This document shows positions 27,045-35,743 of a stretch of DNA of 42,061 nt, piece by piece. The translations under genes were made by a program, and so were the position numbers. How positions within the stretch are numbered: the stretch's first letter is position 1; each line of letters starts with the position of its first letter. Source of the DNA: Candidatus Thalassarchaeaceae archaeon (lineage in GTDB: Archaea; Thermoplasmatota; Poseidoniia; Poseidoniales; Thalassarchaeaceae); assembly GCA_030747675.1 (NCBI GenBank), contig JASLKH010000077.1, forward strand, positions 1-42,061, given 5' to 3'. A model generated the notes under the pieces. That model saw nothing but the letters and a program-made list of their open reading frames with translations. It was not told the origin of the DNA and searched no databases.

Positions 27045-27927
27045 GATACCCCAACCAAGATGCCTGGTGCAAAGAGTCCTGTTCTCCACGAGCCTTCTTC
27101 GCCCAAAGACGATATTGGCGGCCTGATGGGATTTCTCCAGCTCCAATTGATTCTGGAATTGGACATTTTCCTGCTAAAGTTAGCTTTGGTGATTCTGGAT
27201 GATTGAGCGCCCATAATGAAAGCCAATTTGAATCAGCCAATCCGAAATCAGCAGGATTATTTGGATTATCTATTGCTTTCTTGACTTTATTCTCATCAAT
27301 TCTTCCCGTCGCAATTCGGTGAAGAGAGGAAGCAATTCTGCGAACTTGATTCCAAACAAACCCTGATCCTGTAATTTGAAAACCTAGAATATTACTCTTA
27401 GAATCCAACCATGGTTTACAAATGAATACTTCCTTTATTGTGCTACGACCCTCTTCAGGGCGGCAAAAGTTTCTGAAGTTTTGTTTACCAATGAAAATAG
27501 AGCACCAGCGATCAAGGTCTTCCAAGGAGACATCATTGGGCCAACCTTCCATGGCCTGCAATCGATAAAGGTAAGTTCTGCTAAACGCATCTCTTGGACG
27601 GAAATCGGAAGGAACTAATTCAACAGCCCAAACTCTAATTGAAAGAGGGATTCTGTCATTTATTGCACTTATTATCCCTGATTCACCAGCACTAAGCCAT
27701 ATTTTATTATCAATATCAAATGAACAAATATTCATTCTTGCATCTACTCCAGCGTCTGTTCTGCTTGACATAGTGATTGGGTTTGCTATACCATTTGCCC
27801 ACTTTAACGAAGAAAGGGCAATTTGTAATTCACCTTGTACTGTCGAAACATTAGGTTGTATCTGACTACCCGAATAAGGCGCCCCCAAATACCCAACAGC
27901 GACGGCGATACGTACCGTCCCAGACAT
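27037..27927 (-). CDS. truA: tRNA pseudouridine(38-40) synthase
   Basis: GYLGAPYSGSQIQPNVSTVQGEL, SSRTDAGVDA (catalytic Asp), RTYLY, NFRNF and GFVWNQVRRI. Confidence 0.92.
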   Translation of the reverse strand: MSGTVRIAVAVGYLGAPYSGSQIQPNVSTVQGELQIALSSLKWANGIANPITMSSRTDAGVDARMNICSFDIDNKIWLSAGESGIISAINDRIPLSIRVWAVELVPSDFRPRDAFSRTYLYRLQAMEGWPNDVSLEDLDRWCSIFIGKQNFRNFCRPEEGRSTIKEVFICKPWLDSKSNILGFQITGSGFVWNQVRRIASSLHRIATGRIDENKVKKAIDNPNNPADFGLADSNWLSLWALNHPESPKLTLAGKCPIPESIGAGEIPSGRQYRLWAKKARGEQDSLHQASWLGYLN

Positions 27928-27936
27928 AGGTCAACA

Positions 27937-28452
27937 TCACTCGCTGGACAATGTAGAAATGGCGTCTTCTGCTGAGTAACCCAAGCCTCCAACTGCCCAA
28001 ATTAGAGCTTGTTTGAGCCAAGGTTGAATCATAGGTTGATCTCTACCTTGACCCACTCTTTCAATTGCATCAACAATTAATCTGCTGGCATCAAACAAGG
28101 TATCTTCAACAGGAATTTCCGCCAAATCTGCCATTTTCTCAAGACGTTGGTATTCTTTGATAGCCATAGGAATTCGGCCGCAATCAAGGCAGAAGTTTGC
28201 AAAACTAGCCACATACTCGATATTATCTTCATCTAATCGCATGGCTTTTTTGTACACCTGCATGATTTTCCCTGCTGGGACATCTTCTTCCATATCAATT
28301 GAAAGGCGCATGAATGCGGCTTCAGCCCAACCGTAATGCCCAATTGGGTTTTCTGGTTCTGCATCAATGAGAGTTTGGAAAACATCCATTGCACCCTTAA
28401 AGTCTCCACCTGACATTGCTTGAGCAGCCTTTAGCATAATCTCGTCTGACAT
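27937..28452 (-). CDS. Tetratricopeptide-repeat protein
   Basis: TPR-like helix pairs (GDFKGAMDVFQTLIDAEPEN; YKKAMRLDEDNIEYVASFANFCLDCGRIPMAIKEY). Confidence 0.72.
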   Translation of the reverse strand: MSDEIMLKAAQAMSGGDFKGAMDVFQTLIDAEPENPIGHYGWAEAAFMRLSIDMEEDVPAGKIMQVYKKAMRLDEDNIEYVASFANFCLDCGRIPMAIKEYQRLEKMADLAEIPVEDTLFDASRLIVDAIERVGQGRDQPMIQPWLKQALIWAVGGLGYSAEDAISTLSSE

Positions 28453-28503
28453 AACCCAACGGGGTCGAATCGCCTCTATGAATGAAGCGGCGTAGATATA
28501 TCT

Positions 28504-29607
28504 TCAAATCTCAGAGAGTAAATCATCTAAATCATTCAAATCTTCATCAGTCTCCTCAGAATTAGATCCGAGCATTTCTTGGATATTTTGCAACGCTTCT
28601 AACTGTGCATCGGCCTTAGAAACTGATGAGTTTTTCCTCTGTAACTTGTTAATCAAATCGTATACTTCTTCCCATTGCCGGATGCCATAGAATGAGATAT
28701 CAGGGGTGAATCGCTCAGTTTTTACTGTACGTTGATATGTGACAATAAAGAACAACTTCCGGAGGAATCCAAAGAACCCTTTACCTCCTGTAGAGCCGGG
28801 GACTCCAACTGCAATGCCAGTAGTCTCCGATGCAATATGGGATTGATCTCCAATGTTACAGTAAACCGTTGCATAACCGAAAATTGCACCAATGGGGGAA
28901 CGGAGTTTGTGGACTGCAATAATGTCTTCATGCAAAATTCGGTGTCCATCGCGTTCGTATATGAAATTCTGAGTGTGAATTATTCTTTCACTTGTAACGG
29001 CATAAAGGAAACTCTTCTGATACCAGAATGTAATTGCCCACATCAAAACAGCCCATAAAATCCCAAAGAATGTGAAATTAAAATCGAATGGTATGTACTC
29101 TTTTTCTGTATCAAATGCCCAATGAATAAAATCATCGAGATGTAAGATGAATGGTGTAATTGAAACAATCAACAAATAGATTGTGACCCATTTTCCACTA
29201 GCTGAGTGGTTAATTGCACGGTTTATCCATGTGAAAAATAGCATGACAAAGGCAAATCCTGTGCCTCCTGCCCAACCACTAGCATGAACCAAGAAATAGA
29301 ATATTTCCTGATACCATTCAGCATCATCGGGTGCTTCCGCCCACCCAAAAAATAGATGAATGCCCAAAATCAGTAAACCGATAAAATATATTGGTACAAA
29401 CGCAAAGAAAGATGGTCTCCTTGTCAAAAGAATTTCTTCATCATCTTCAACACGCAATTTATTCCTCAACTTTTGGCTAGAATCATCAGAACCTGATTTT
29501 GTATTCTCATTTTCAACTTCGATTTCAGTGGATTTTTCACTCGATTCTAATACTTCAGATTGGAGATTTTCGGGTTCGCTGACTTCGTGTGATTCATCTT
29601 CATCCAT
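28504..29607 (-). CDS. Membrane protein with a bacterial PH (bPH_2-like) domain
   Basis: EEILLTRRPS, four TM segments, YAVTSERII ... RSPIGAIFGYATV; acidic termini. Confidence 0.7.
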   Translation of the reverse strand: MDEDESHEVSEPENLQSEVLESSEKSTEIEVENENTKSGSDDSSQKLRNKLRVEDDEEILLTRRPSFFAFVPIYFIGLLILGIHLFFGWAEAPDDAEWYQEIFYFLVHASGWAGGTGFAFVMLFFTWINRAINHSASGKWVTIYLLIVSITPFILHLDDFIHWAFDTEKEYIPFDFNFTFFGILWAVLMWAITFWYQKSFLYAVTSERIIHTQNFIYERDGHRILHEDIIAVHKLRSPIGAIFGYATVYCNIGDQSHIASETTGIAVGVPGSTGGKGFFGFLRKLFFIVTYQRTVKTERFTPDISFYGIRQWEEVYDLINKLQRKNSSVSKADAQLEALQNIQEMLGSNSEETDEDLNDLDDLLSEI

Positions 29608-29686
29608 GGGACTACCTCAAACCGCACTGGTGATGGGACGATGATGAATCTTTGTACGATATGTTTTGAGAATTACAAATTATATT

Positions 29687-30877
29687 CTAATGCAATAGAC
29701 CCCAAGCATGTTCTGCATTACCGTGAATCCATTCAAAGTCATCATGCGTCCTTATTCCCTTTTCATCAAGAATGGTAATTTCTTCAACGTTAAGGGGATA
29801 TTCATTGTAAGTTAAGTGACTGACTAATCCTGCCCTAGTCGGTTGATCGAAGGTCCAATGAGCCCTACTAACGGCTCGAACCTGGATGCCAATTTGAGTT
29901 CGACCATTCCAGAGCCTTATTTTGAAACGCGGGAGGTGGGTGCCGTGAGAGTCGAATTCACCATCCTCAGGCAATAGTAATTCAACTTCACATCTCTCAA
30001 ATTTTTCACTACGTCCACGCTTTTCATCGTGTAATAATCCGGCCGTCCTAAGTGGTGCTCGAATGACATCTCGTAATTTCCATGCACGTTCATCTCTTGC
30101 AGTCATGGAAAATGAAGCATGAGGAATGAACCAATCAAGATATGTGCCGTCGCTGAAATGTAAAAATCCCCAAAACCAAGGTACACTCGGGGCCTGTACT
30201 GTGACTTTTTGGAAGTAAGCAGTTCCTTGCACTGCCTCCTCGTCGACCAGTCCCTCGGCGGAACAAGCATGGAGGCGGATGATGTCATAGCCCATTCCTT
30301 TACCAAATACATTGTTTGAATAGGCTGCAGATGAGGCTGCTTCAGTCAACGGAGTAATTCTAAATTCAAACTTCTTTGGCGCCCCGTCTGCAATTGCATC
30401 ACTTCCACCTTTACAATGAATCCAAAAATGGCTTCCATCATCTGAAAGACCCATTGAAAGGTCATCCTCAGTTACAGGAACTACTGCACCTGCCCCTGGA
30501 AATTCACCACTACCGGGCCACATTGGATGTTCTGAATCCAAAGCTGCAATTCGGGCCTCTCTAATCAGATAGGGTTCATACATTTCCTCGCCATCATACC
30601 ACCATGCACAAACCATCCCCGGAAGAGTATGCCCTCCATCTTGATCTATGTGGAATCGACCTTCGGGCATCCAATCATAATCATTTACTCTGACTTTAGG
30701 GGCATCTTTAGTCGACCATAGCACCATTAATTGGCGACACTTATTGGGGTCATTCGGATCTGGAATGACAACAAGCCACCACCACCACCACCAGGATAGT
30801 CTTCGAAGAGGGGGGAGGACATTAAGCCTCCATAGTGATGATAAATCACCGCCGAATTTTTCAGGTGGTTTATGCAT
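29687..30877 (-). CDS. Trp-rich protein, possibly tocopherol cyclase / AttH / CrtC superfamily
   Basis: SWWWWWW near the N-terminus. The segment AEGLVDEEAVQGTAYFQKV...PWFWGFLHFSDG resembles the second barrel of that superfamily. No signal peptide seen. Confidence 0.5.
   Translation of the reverse strand: MHKPPEKFGGDLSSLWRLNVLPPLRRLSWWWWWWLVVIPDPNDPNKCRQLMVLWSTKDAPKVRVNDYDWMPEGRFHIDQDGGHTLPGMVCAWWYDGEEMYEPYLIREARIAALDSEHPMWPGSGEFPGAGAVVPVTEDDLSMGLSDDGSHFWIHCKGGSDAIADGAPKKFEFRITPLTEAASSAAYSNNVFGKGMGYDIIRLHACSAEGLVDEEAVQGTAYFQKVTVQAPSVPWFWGFLHFSDGTYLDWFIPHASFSMTARDERAWKLRDVIRAPLRTAGLLHDEKRGRSEKFERCEVELLLPEDGEFDSHGTHLPRFKIRLWNGRTQIGIQVRAVSRAHWTFDQPTRAGLVSHLTYNEYPLNVEEITILDEKGIRTHDDFEWIHGNAEHAWGLLH
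30776..30793 (-). repeat. (TGG)6 trinucleotide run encoding six consecutive Trp
   Basis: The + strand reads (CCA)6 at 30776-30793, in frame in the 29687..30877 CDS. Confidence 0.9.
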
Positions 30878-30886
30878 TTTGACCCC

Positions 30887-32596
30887 TCAATTCAATTCAC
30901 GTCTCTTGAAAGAACGCTGTCCAATAAGAACGAAAACTGCGGTCAACAAAATCAATACAATAATAGAAAGTGCGAAATTTACTAATGGGTAAATAGTTGG
31001 AAATGGTGATAACCAAATTAACCAAAGTGGGCCTTCTGCAGCCCATCCAAAAGCTTCCGCTTGTTGCTGTAAAAGTAATTGATCAGACCACACCAACCAA
31101 CTTGTAGAATTGATAATCTCACACCCCCAAAATGACACTGACATAGTAGCCAAACCCATGTTTCTTGTGACTTCCATCATTGACAAAAATATCATCACGA
31201 ATTCATAGAAAGCAAATAACAAGGAAACTATTACACCATATTTGGGCGTAATAATTCCAAAAGTAGCGAATATGGCAGCATAGGCAAGTACTGTAAGGCA
31301 AACTGCGATGAATACTCCAAACCAAATTCCGAGGTCTGAAAATCGATAGAATGATTCACCGGGCCCGAAAAATCCAGTCACCAAAGCCGTACAGAAAACA
31401 AGTACAAACAAGTAAGGCCATGCTAGGCCAATAAAGCCTAACAAACGATACATCAGAACTTCTGCCCTGGCTATTGGCTTGCCAACCAAATAATGTAGAG
31501 TCCCTTCTTCTTGTTCATCTCGAATCAAACCTGTTGCCAAAAATAATGGTATGAAAATAGCCATTATGAAAAGATACCCGAACTTTCCAAACCCAAGTAA
31601 AAATGCTCGATGAACTCCTTCCTTTAGGAATTCACTATCATCCGGATCTTCATCTACGTTAGTATCTCTCTTTATGTCAACTAATTCACCATTTTCCCAC
31701 ACATAAAGTACGTTGCATTCGATTCCATCCCCATTTTTATCTCGTTCCCATGGATCATCTAGGCTCAAACAATCCCCATCGTCATCAAAACCTTGGTTAG
31801 GTTCTTCTGAACCATCCCAGTCAATTTTATCTTCATCAATCCAATCTGATTCTAAATCTGGTTCAACATAGAACCCTGAATCATATTCACCAAAACTAAA
31901 TCCATTCCATTGGGATTCAGGAGTAAAAGTTCCATTACCACTAATATATCTTCCAATTGTTCTAATTGTATTATTATCAACCCAGCAGCCACCAGCCCAA
32001 TATTCATTGTTTCCAAGCTGAGGTTCATTACCTATGCAATCGGGTAAATCGTTGACATATATGTGGTGCCACCATATACCCCATCGATTGCGCTGTTGGT
32101 CTGATTGATTCTGGCCCTCGGGAATTGAATTATTCAACCAATCGAAAGTGAATTCTCCCCTTCCACTAAAGGTTCCATTCCCGGAAAAAGAATCAGTATA
32201 CCAATTACCATCATCAATGAATTCAGGGCTGCCTGGGTAATCCATATACCAATTAGGGTCTGTTCCAAATGCTTTTTCCTGCCCTGTCGGATACCCATCG
32301 CCATCATAGTCTTCTGAATCTTCGTCCTGATCTATACCCTCGAACCCCTGGGCCATTGCTTCAATGTAGAATAAAAGTACCAAGGTTATCAAAAGAAAGC
32401 CAACAAATCCTACAACCCAAGTTGAGCGCTTTTTCCGGTATTGCCGCATGGTGAATTCTGCAATTGCAGTGGCTTTGCGGTCTAATTTTGTCCAGACTGT
32501 TTCAGCTAAACTCTTCACTCTATCACTTGGGGGTGATTTATTTTGTGTGGTAGGTAGAAGTGGGGGGTCGTTTGGAGGTAATTGGGAATCAATCAT
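30887..32596 (-). CDS. ABC-2-type exporter permease with a large acidic extracytoplasmic loop bearing DxDxDG-like motifs
   Basis: TM1; a loop with DYDGDGYPTGQEKAFGTDP, DDDGDC and DKNGDG; then LIRDEQEEGTLHYLVGKPIARAEVL and further TMs. Confidence 0.82.
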   Translation of the reverse strand: MIDSQLPPNDPPLLPTTQNKSPPSDRVKSLAETVWTKLDRKATAIAEFTMRQYRKKRSTWVVGFVGFLLITLVLLFYIEAMAQGFEGIDQDEDSEDYDGDGYPTGQEKAFGTDPNWYMDYPGSPEFIDDGNWYTDSFSGNGTFSGRGEFTFDWLNNSIPEGQNQSDQQRNRWGIWWHHIYVNDLPDCIGNEPQLGNNEYWAGGCWVDNNTIRTIGRYISGNGTFTPESQWNGFSFGEYDSGFYVEPDLESDWIDEDKIDWDGSEEPNQGFDDDGDCLSLDDPWERDKNGDGIECNVLYVWENGELVDIKRDTNVDEDPDDSEFLKEGVHRAFLLGFGKFGYLFIMAIFIPLFLATGLIRDEQEEGTLHYLVGKPIARAEVLMYRLLGFIGLAWPYLFVLVFCTALVTGFFGPGESFYRFSDLGIWFGVFIAVCLTVLAYAAIFATFGIITPKYGVIVSLLFAFYEFVMIFLSMMEVTRNMGLATMSVSFWGCEIINSTSWLVWSDQLLLQQQAEAFGWAAEGPLWLIWLSPFPTIYPLVNFALSIIVLILLTAVFVLIGQRSFKRRELN

Positions 32597-33585
32597 GCTC
32601 GACCCTCCATCAAATATCCAAGTAAAGACTCAAGGTTGTCATCAGGGTTCTCAATCGATGTAACCACTGCACCAGATTGAACGATAATAGATGGTAAATC
32701 CTCATGAACTCCTGACAGATTATTTGTTTCAATAATCAATTCTTCAGGATTAGGGAAGCGCACACCGTAGACGTGAGGGTGGGGCAAGAATTCTTGACCG
32801 AGTTCACGAGGGCTGGGGGTGCGTAGAAGAATTCGATGTGGAACGTGATCAAGTAATTCCCGAATAGCGTGAAGATTACCCAACGCCAATAATCTACCAT
32901 TATGCAAAATCACAATTTGTTCAGTGATGCGCTCAATTTCTGATAAAATATGTGATGTTACAAGAACCGTTTTCCCCATCGCCCCAAGTTCTCGGATGAC
33001 ATTCATTATTGTGGTCCGGGCTAGAGGATCACAACCCTGCAATGGTTCATCTAAGATGATTAAATCAGGGTCATTCACCAATGCATGAGCGATTTTAACT
33101 CGCTGGCGCATTCCCTTGCTGTATTTTCCAATCTCCTTATTAGAAACGTCAGTTAATCCGACGAAATCCAATACGTGTTTTGCCCTTTCTTTAGCTTCGC
33201 CTCTAGTCATCCCATACAGACGTGCTAAAGTAGTTACAAAATCAAGACCTGTCATCCAATCATACATTTTCTCAGATTCAGAAACATAGCCTAACCGATG
33301 ATATGGCGCCGGATTCTTGAATGGATCTGTCCCAAATAACCGAATTTGTCCTTGACTTGGTCGAAGCCTACCGACAATTATCTTGAGCAATGTTGACTTG
33401 CCTGCACCATTCATGCCCAAAACCCCTGTCACTCCACCACTAATGGCCAAACTGACATCATTCAATCCAATTACCTGACCGTACCATTTGGACACATGAT
33501 CAAGCATCACTGCTGGAGCATCCGGAATTGCATTCCAATTTTGAGTTTCGCCTTGCTCACCAATTTGATTCAAATCAGGCATCAT
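32593..33585 (-). CDS. ABC transporter ATP-binding protein
   Basis: GMNGAGKST, YSKGMRQR, IILDEP, VTSH. Start set at 33585 (ATGA overlap with the upstream stop; GGAGGTGA at 33593-33600). Confidence 0.93.
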   Translation of the reverse strand: MMPDLNQIGEQGETQNWNAIPDAPAVMLDHVSKWYGQVIGLNDVSLAISGGVTGVLGMNGAGKSTLLKIIVGRLRPSQGQIRLFGTDPFKNPAPYHRLGYVSESEKMYDWMTGLDFVTTLARLYGMTRGEAKERAKHVLDFVGLTDVSNKEIGKYSKGMRQRVKIAHALVNDPDLIILDEPLQGCDPLARTTIMNVIRELGAMGKTVLVTSHILSEIERITEQIVILHNGRLLALGNLHAIRELLDHVPHRILLRTPSPRELGQEFLPHPHVYGVRFPNPEELIIETNNLSGVHEDLPSIIVQSGAVVTSIENPDDNLESLLGYLMEGRA

Positions 33586-34655
33586 TCGCGAGTCACCTCC
33601 AAAGAATTCACTCGGCTGATTAGAATGTATAGGGAAATTACATTCATGACTAATAGGGCAACAAATGACCAAGCGACTGGGAATTTGTAGGTCGTATTTA
33701 ATTCCATCATCCATTGACCAACATGGGCCAAATTATCGTGAGGTGATAGTAAATAGAGCGTGTCTCTTTCAAACAATAAATTGATGAAAAACGCTAATAT
33801 TTTAGTTCCAAAAACTATTCCAATAAATGCAACAGCAGGGAAAAATTTACCCTTACTAATACTGGATAATGCTAACCCTATACTCGTGTAAGTTAATACT
33901 AACATTAAGGCAGCAACTAGTCCTCCAAAGAAATATGGGAAAGTGTCGAGAAGGTAACCCCAACCCTCGTTGTTCAGAATAATTGCAGCCGCATAATACG
34001 CACAATATGAGAATACAATAATCATAGAAAGCACTAGAGCCGCTGAAATATATTTCATCAAGGTATAATCAGTTCTAGTCACAGGTCTTGAGAAATATAT
34101 CGCTGAAGTTCCATGTTGACGATCTTCAGAAATTAAACCTCCTACTATCAACGCAGTAACAAGAGGCCAACAACATATGTTGTGGAAGGTACCAAGGACA
34201 TGACCCCAAAGAGTTGCTCTGGTAATACCGAATATTCTCATCAAATCATCAGAACCAGACATCACCCCTAAGAATGTAGTGAAAATGGGGATTAAGGAGC
34301 CCATCACAACAGCAACAATGACTAGTTTTGTGTAAGTTGGCCATGGCCTATGTCCTTTGGTAAAAATACCGTAAATATGGTGCCTTAAAATTGTCCAATT
34401 ACGTACCCAGCGTGAATTTAATTTACCTCTCCATGGGCGGTAAACTTGGTGAAATATTGTCCCTGAATCAATAGTTCCGGTTTTCGCGACAATCGCAGCA
34501 CTATCTCCGTCGCCATCTCCCGAACCATATGCTGCTTCCATGCGAGATTTACCAGTAACTTGGAGGCCTGATTGCCCAAGAAATTCCGCTTCTTTTTGCA
34601 AAGAATTAGGAGTGGAAGGAGCTGGCATTTGCGGTAAATCAGCTTCATCGCTCAT
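33582..34655 (-). CDS. ABC-2-type exporter permease
   Basis: LISEDRQHGTSAIYFSRPVTRTDYTLMK and about six TM segments; coupled to the ATPases on both sides. Confidence 0.85.
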   Translation of the reverse strand: MSDEADLPQMPAPSTPNSLQKEAEFLGQSGLQVTGKSRMEAAYGSGDGDGDSAAIVAKTGTIDSGTIFHQVYRPWRGKLNSRWVRNWTILRHHIYGIFTKGHRPWPTYTKLVIVAVVMGSLIPIFTTFLGVMSGSDDLMRIFGITRATLWGHVLGTFHNICCWPLVTALIVGGLISEDRQHGTSAIYFSRPVTRTDYTLMKYISAALVLSMIIVFSYCAYYAAAIILNNEGWGYLLDTFPYFFGGLVAALMLVLTYTSIGLALSSISKGKFFPAVAFIGIVFGTKILAFFINLLFERDTLYLLSPHDNLAHVGQWMMELNTTYKFPVAWSFVALLVMNVISLYILISRVNSLEVTRE

Positions 34656-35656
34656 GCAACACGCCTCCCCTGCAATGCGGCAGCATCCATTGCTGGTGTC
34701 TTCGATGCCAATAAATCAGAACTGGATTTTACTGAGTATCCAAGTCTATCCATAATTACCAAAAATAAATCTTCCAAACTTGGTTCGTAATCTTCCATCT
34801 TACGGACTTGTACATTAGTAGCAGCAGCAGCCTCCAATATTCCTCCATAAGTGGATTCGTCTTCTCTTGTAATGCGCATCACTCGACCTGTGCGACGCAC
34901 ATTGAGGCCATTATCTACTAGTTTTTGCTCCATCTTAGAAGCGCCCCCCCACACAGATATTTCGATCTCTCGATCAATGGCCTTGAGGTCCTCAATTCTT
35001 CCTTGTGCAATCACCTGACCTTTGTGTATCATTACTATTCTATCACAGATTCTTTCGACATCATCCATCAAGTGACTACTCATTAAGATTGAGCGCCCAC
35101 CTTGCTTTACAACTTGGAACAATGTATCGAGCATGAATCCGCGGGCTGTTGCATCCAAACCATTTGTTGGTTCATCACAGATAAGCAAATCAGGATCGTG
35201 GACTAATGAACACGCTAATTTTGTAGCCTGTTCCATTCCTGTGCTAAAGGTGCCTACAGTTCTATATCGTTGATCTTTTAATCCAACATATTCCATAGTC
35301 TCATGAGCACGTTGCAATGCTGCTTCAGGATGCATTCCAATTAGTTCCCCTGCATATCGAACCTGATGAATAGCTTCCATTTCAGGGATTAAACAATCAT
35401 ATTCAGGCATGTAACCAATTCTTTGACGGATTAATTGACCTTCTGTGGCAATATCATGACCTAGGACCTTACCACCTCCGCTAGTAAGCGAAATTAGACC
35501 TAGAATCGTTTTGATTAGAGTGGATTTCCCAGCGCCATTCGGTCCTAACAATCCAGTTGCACCTTCCTTAATTGAGAGGTTTACTTCATCCAGTGCAACA
35601 TGTTCTCCATACTTTTTGATTAGATTATTAGTTTCAATAATCCATTCATTGCTCAA
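34652..35656 (-). CDS. ABC transporter ATP-binding protein
   Basis: GPNGAGKST, FSTGMEQA (signature variant), ICDEP, MSSH. TTG at 35656 is preceded by GGAGGTGA at 35661-35668 (ORF is open from 35689). Confidence 0.93.
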   Translation of the reverse strand: MSNEWIIETNNLIKKYGEHVALDEVNLSIKEGATGLLGPNGAGKSTLIKTILGLISLTSGGGKVLGHDIATEGQLIRQRIGYMPEYDCLIPEMEAIHQVRYAGELIGMHPEAALQRAHETMEYVGLKDQRYRTVGTFSTGMEQATKLACSLVHDPDLLICDEPTNGLDATARGFMLDTLFQVVKQGGRSILMSSHLMDDVERICDRIVMIHKGQVIAQGRIEDLKAIDREIEISVWGGASKMEQKLVDNGLNVRRTGRVMRITREDESTYGGILEAAAATNVQVRKMEDYEPSLEDLFLVIMDRLGYSVKSSSDLLASKTPAMDAAALQGRRVA

Positions 35657-35743
35657 TGATTCACCTCCTCGATTCTTTGAACCTAACAATTACCTAATTC
35701 ATGATGAACTCTATCAACAATCCGATTGAGGGTTTGGAAACTA

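Noticed and set aside
29641-29686. ATGATGA (box C-like) here and at 35701-35707, suggesting C/D box sRNAs
   Set aside because: No CTGA box D at a suitable distance downstream and no terminal stem.
30744-30992. Plus-strand ORF with a poly-His run
   Set aside because: It is the antisense shadow of the (TGG)6 Trp run in the longer minus-strand gene.
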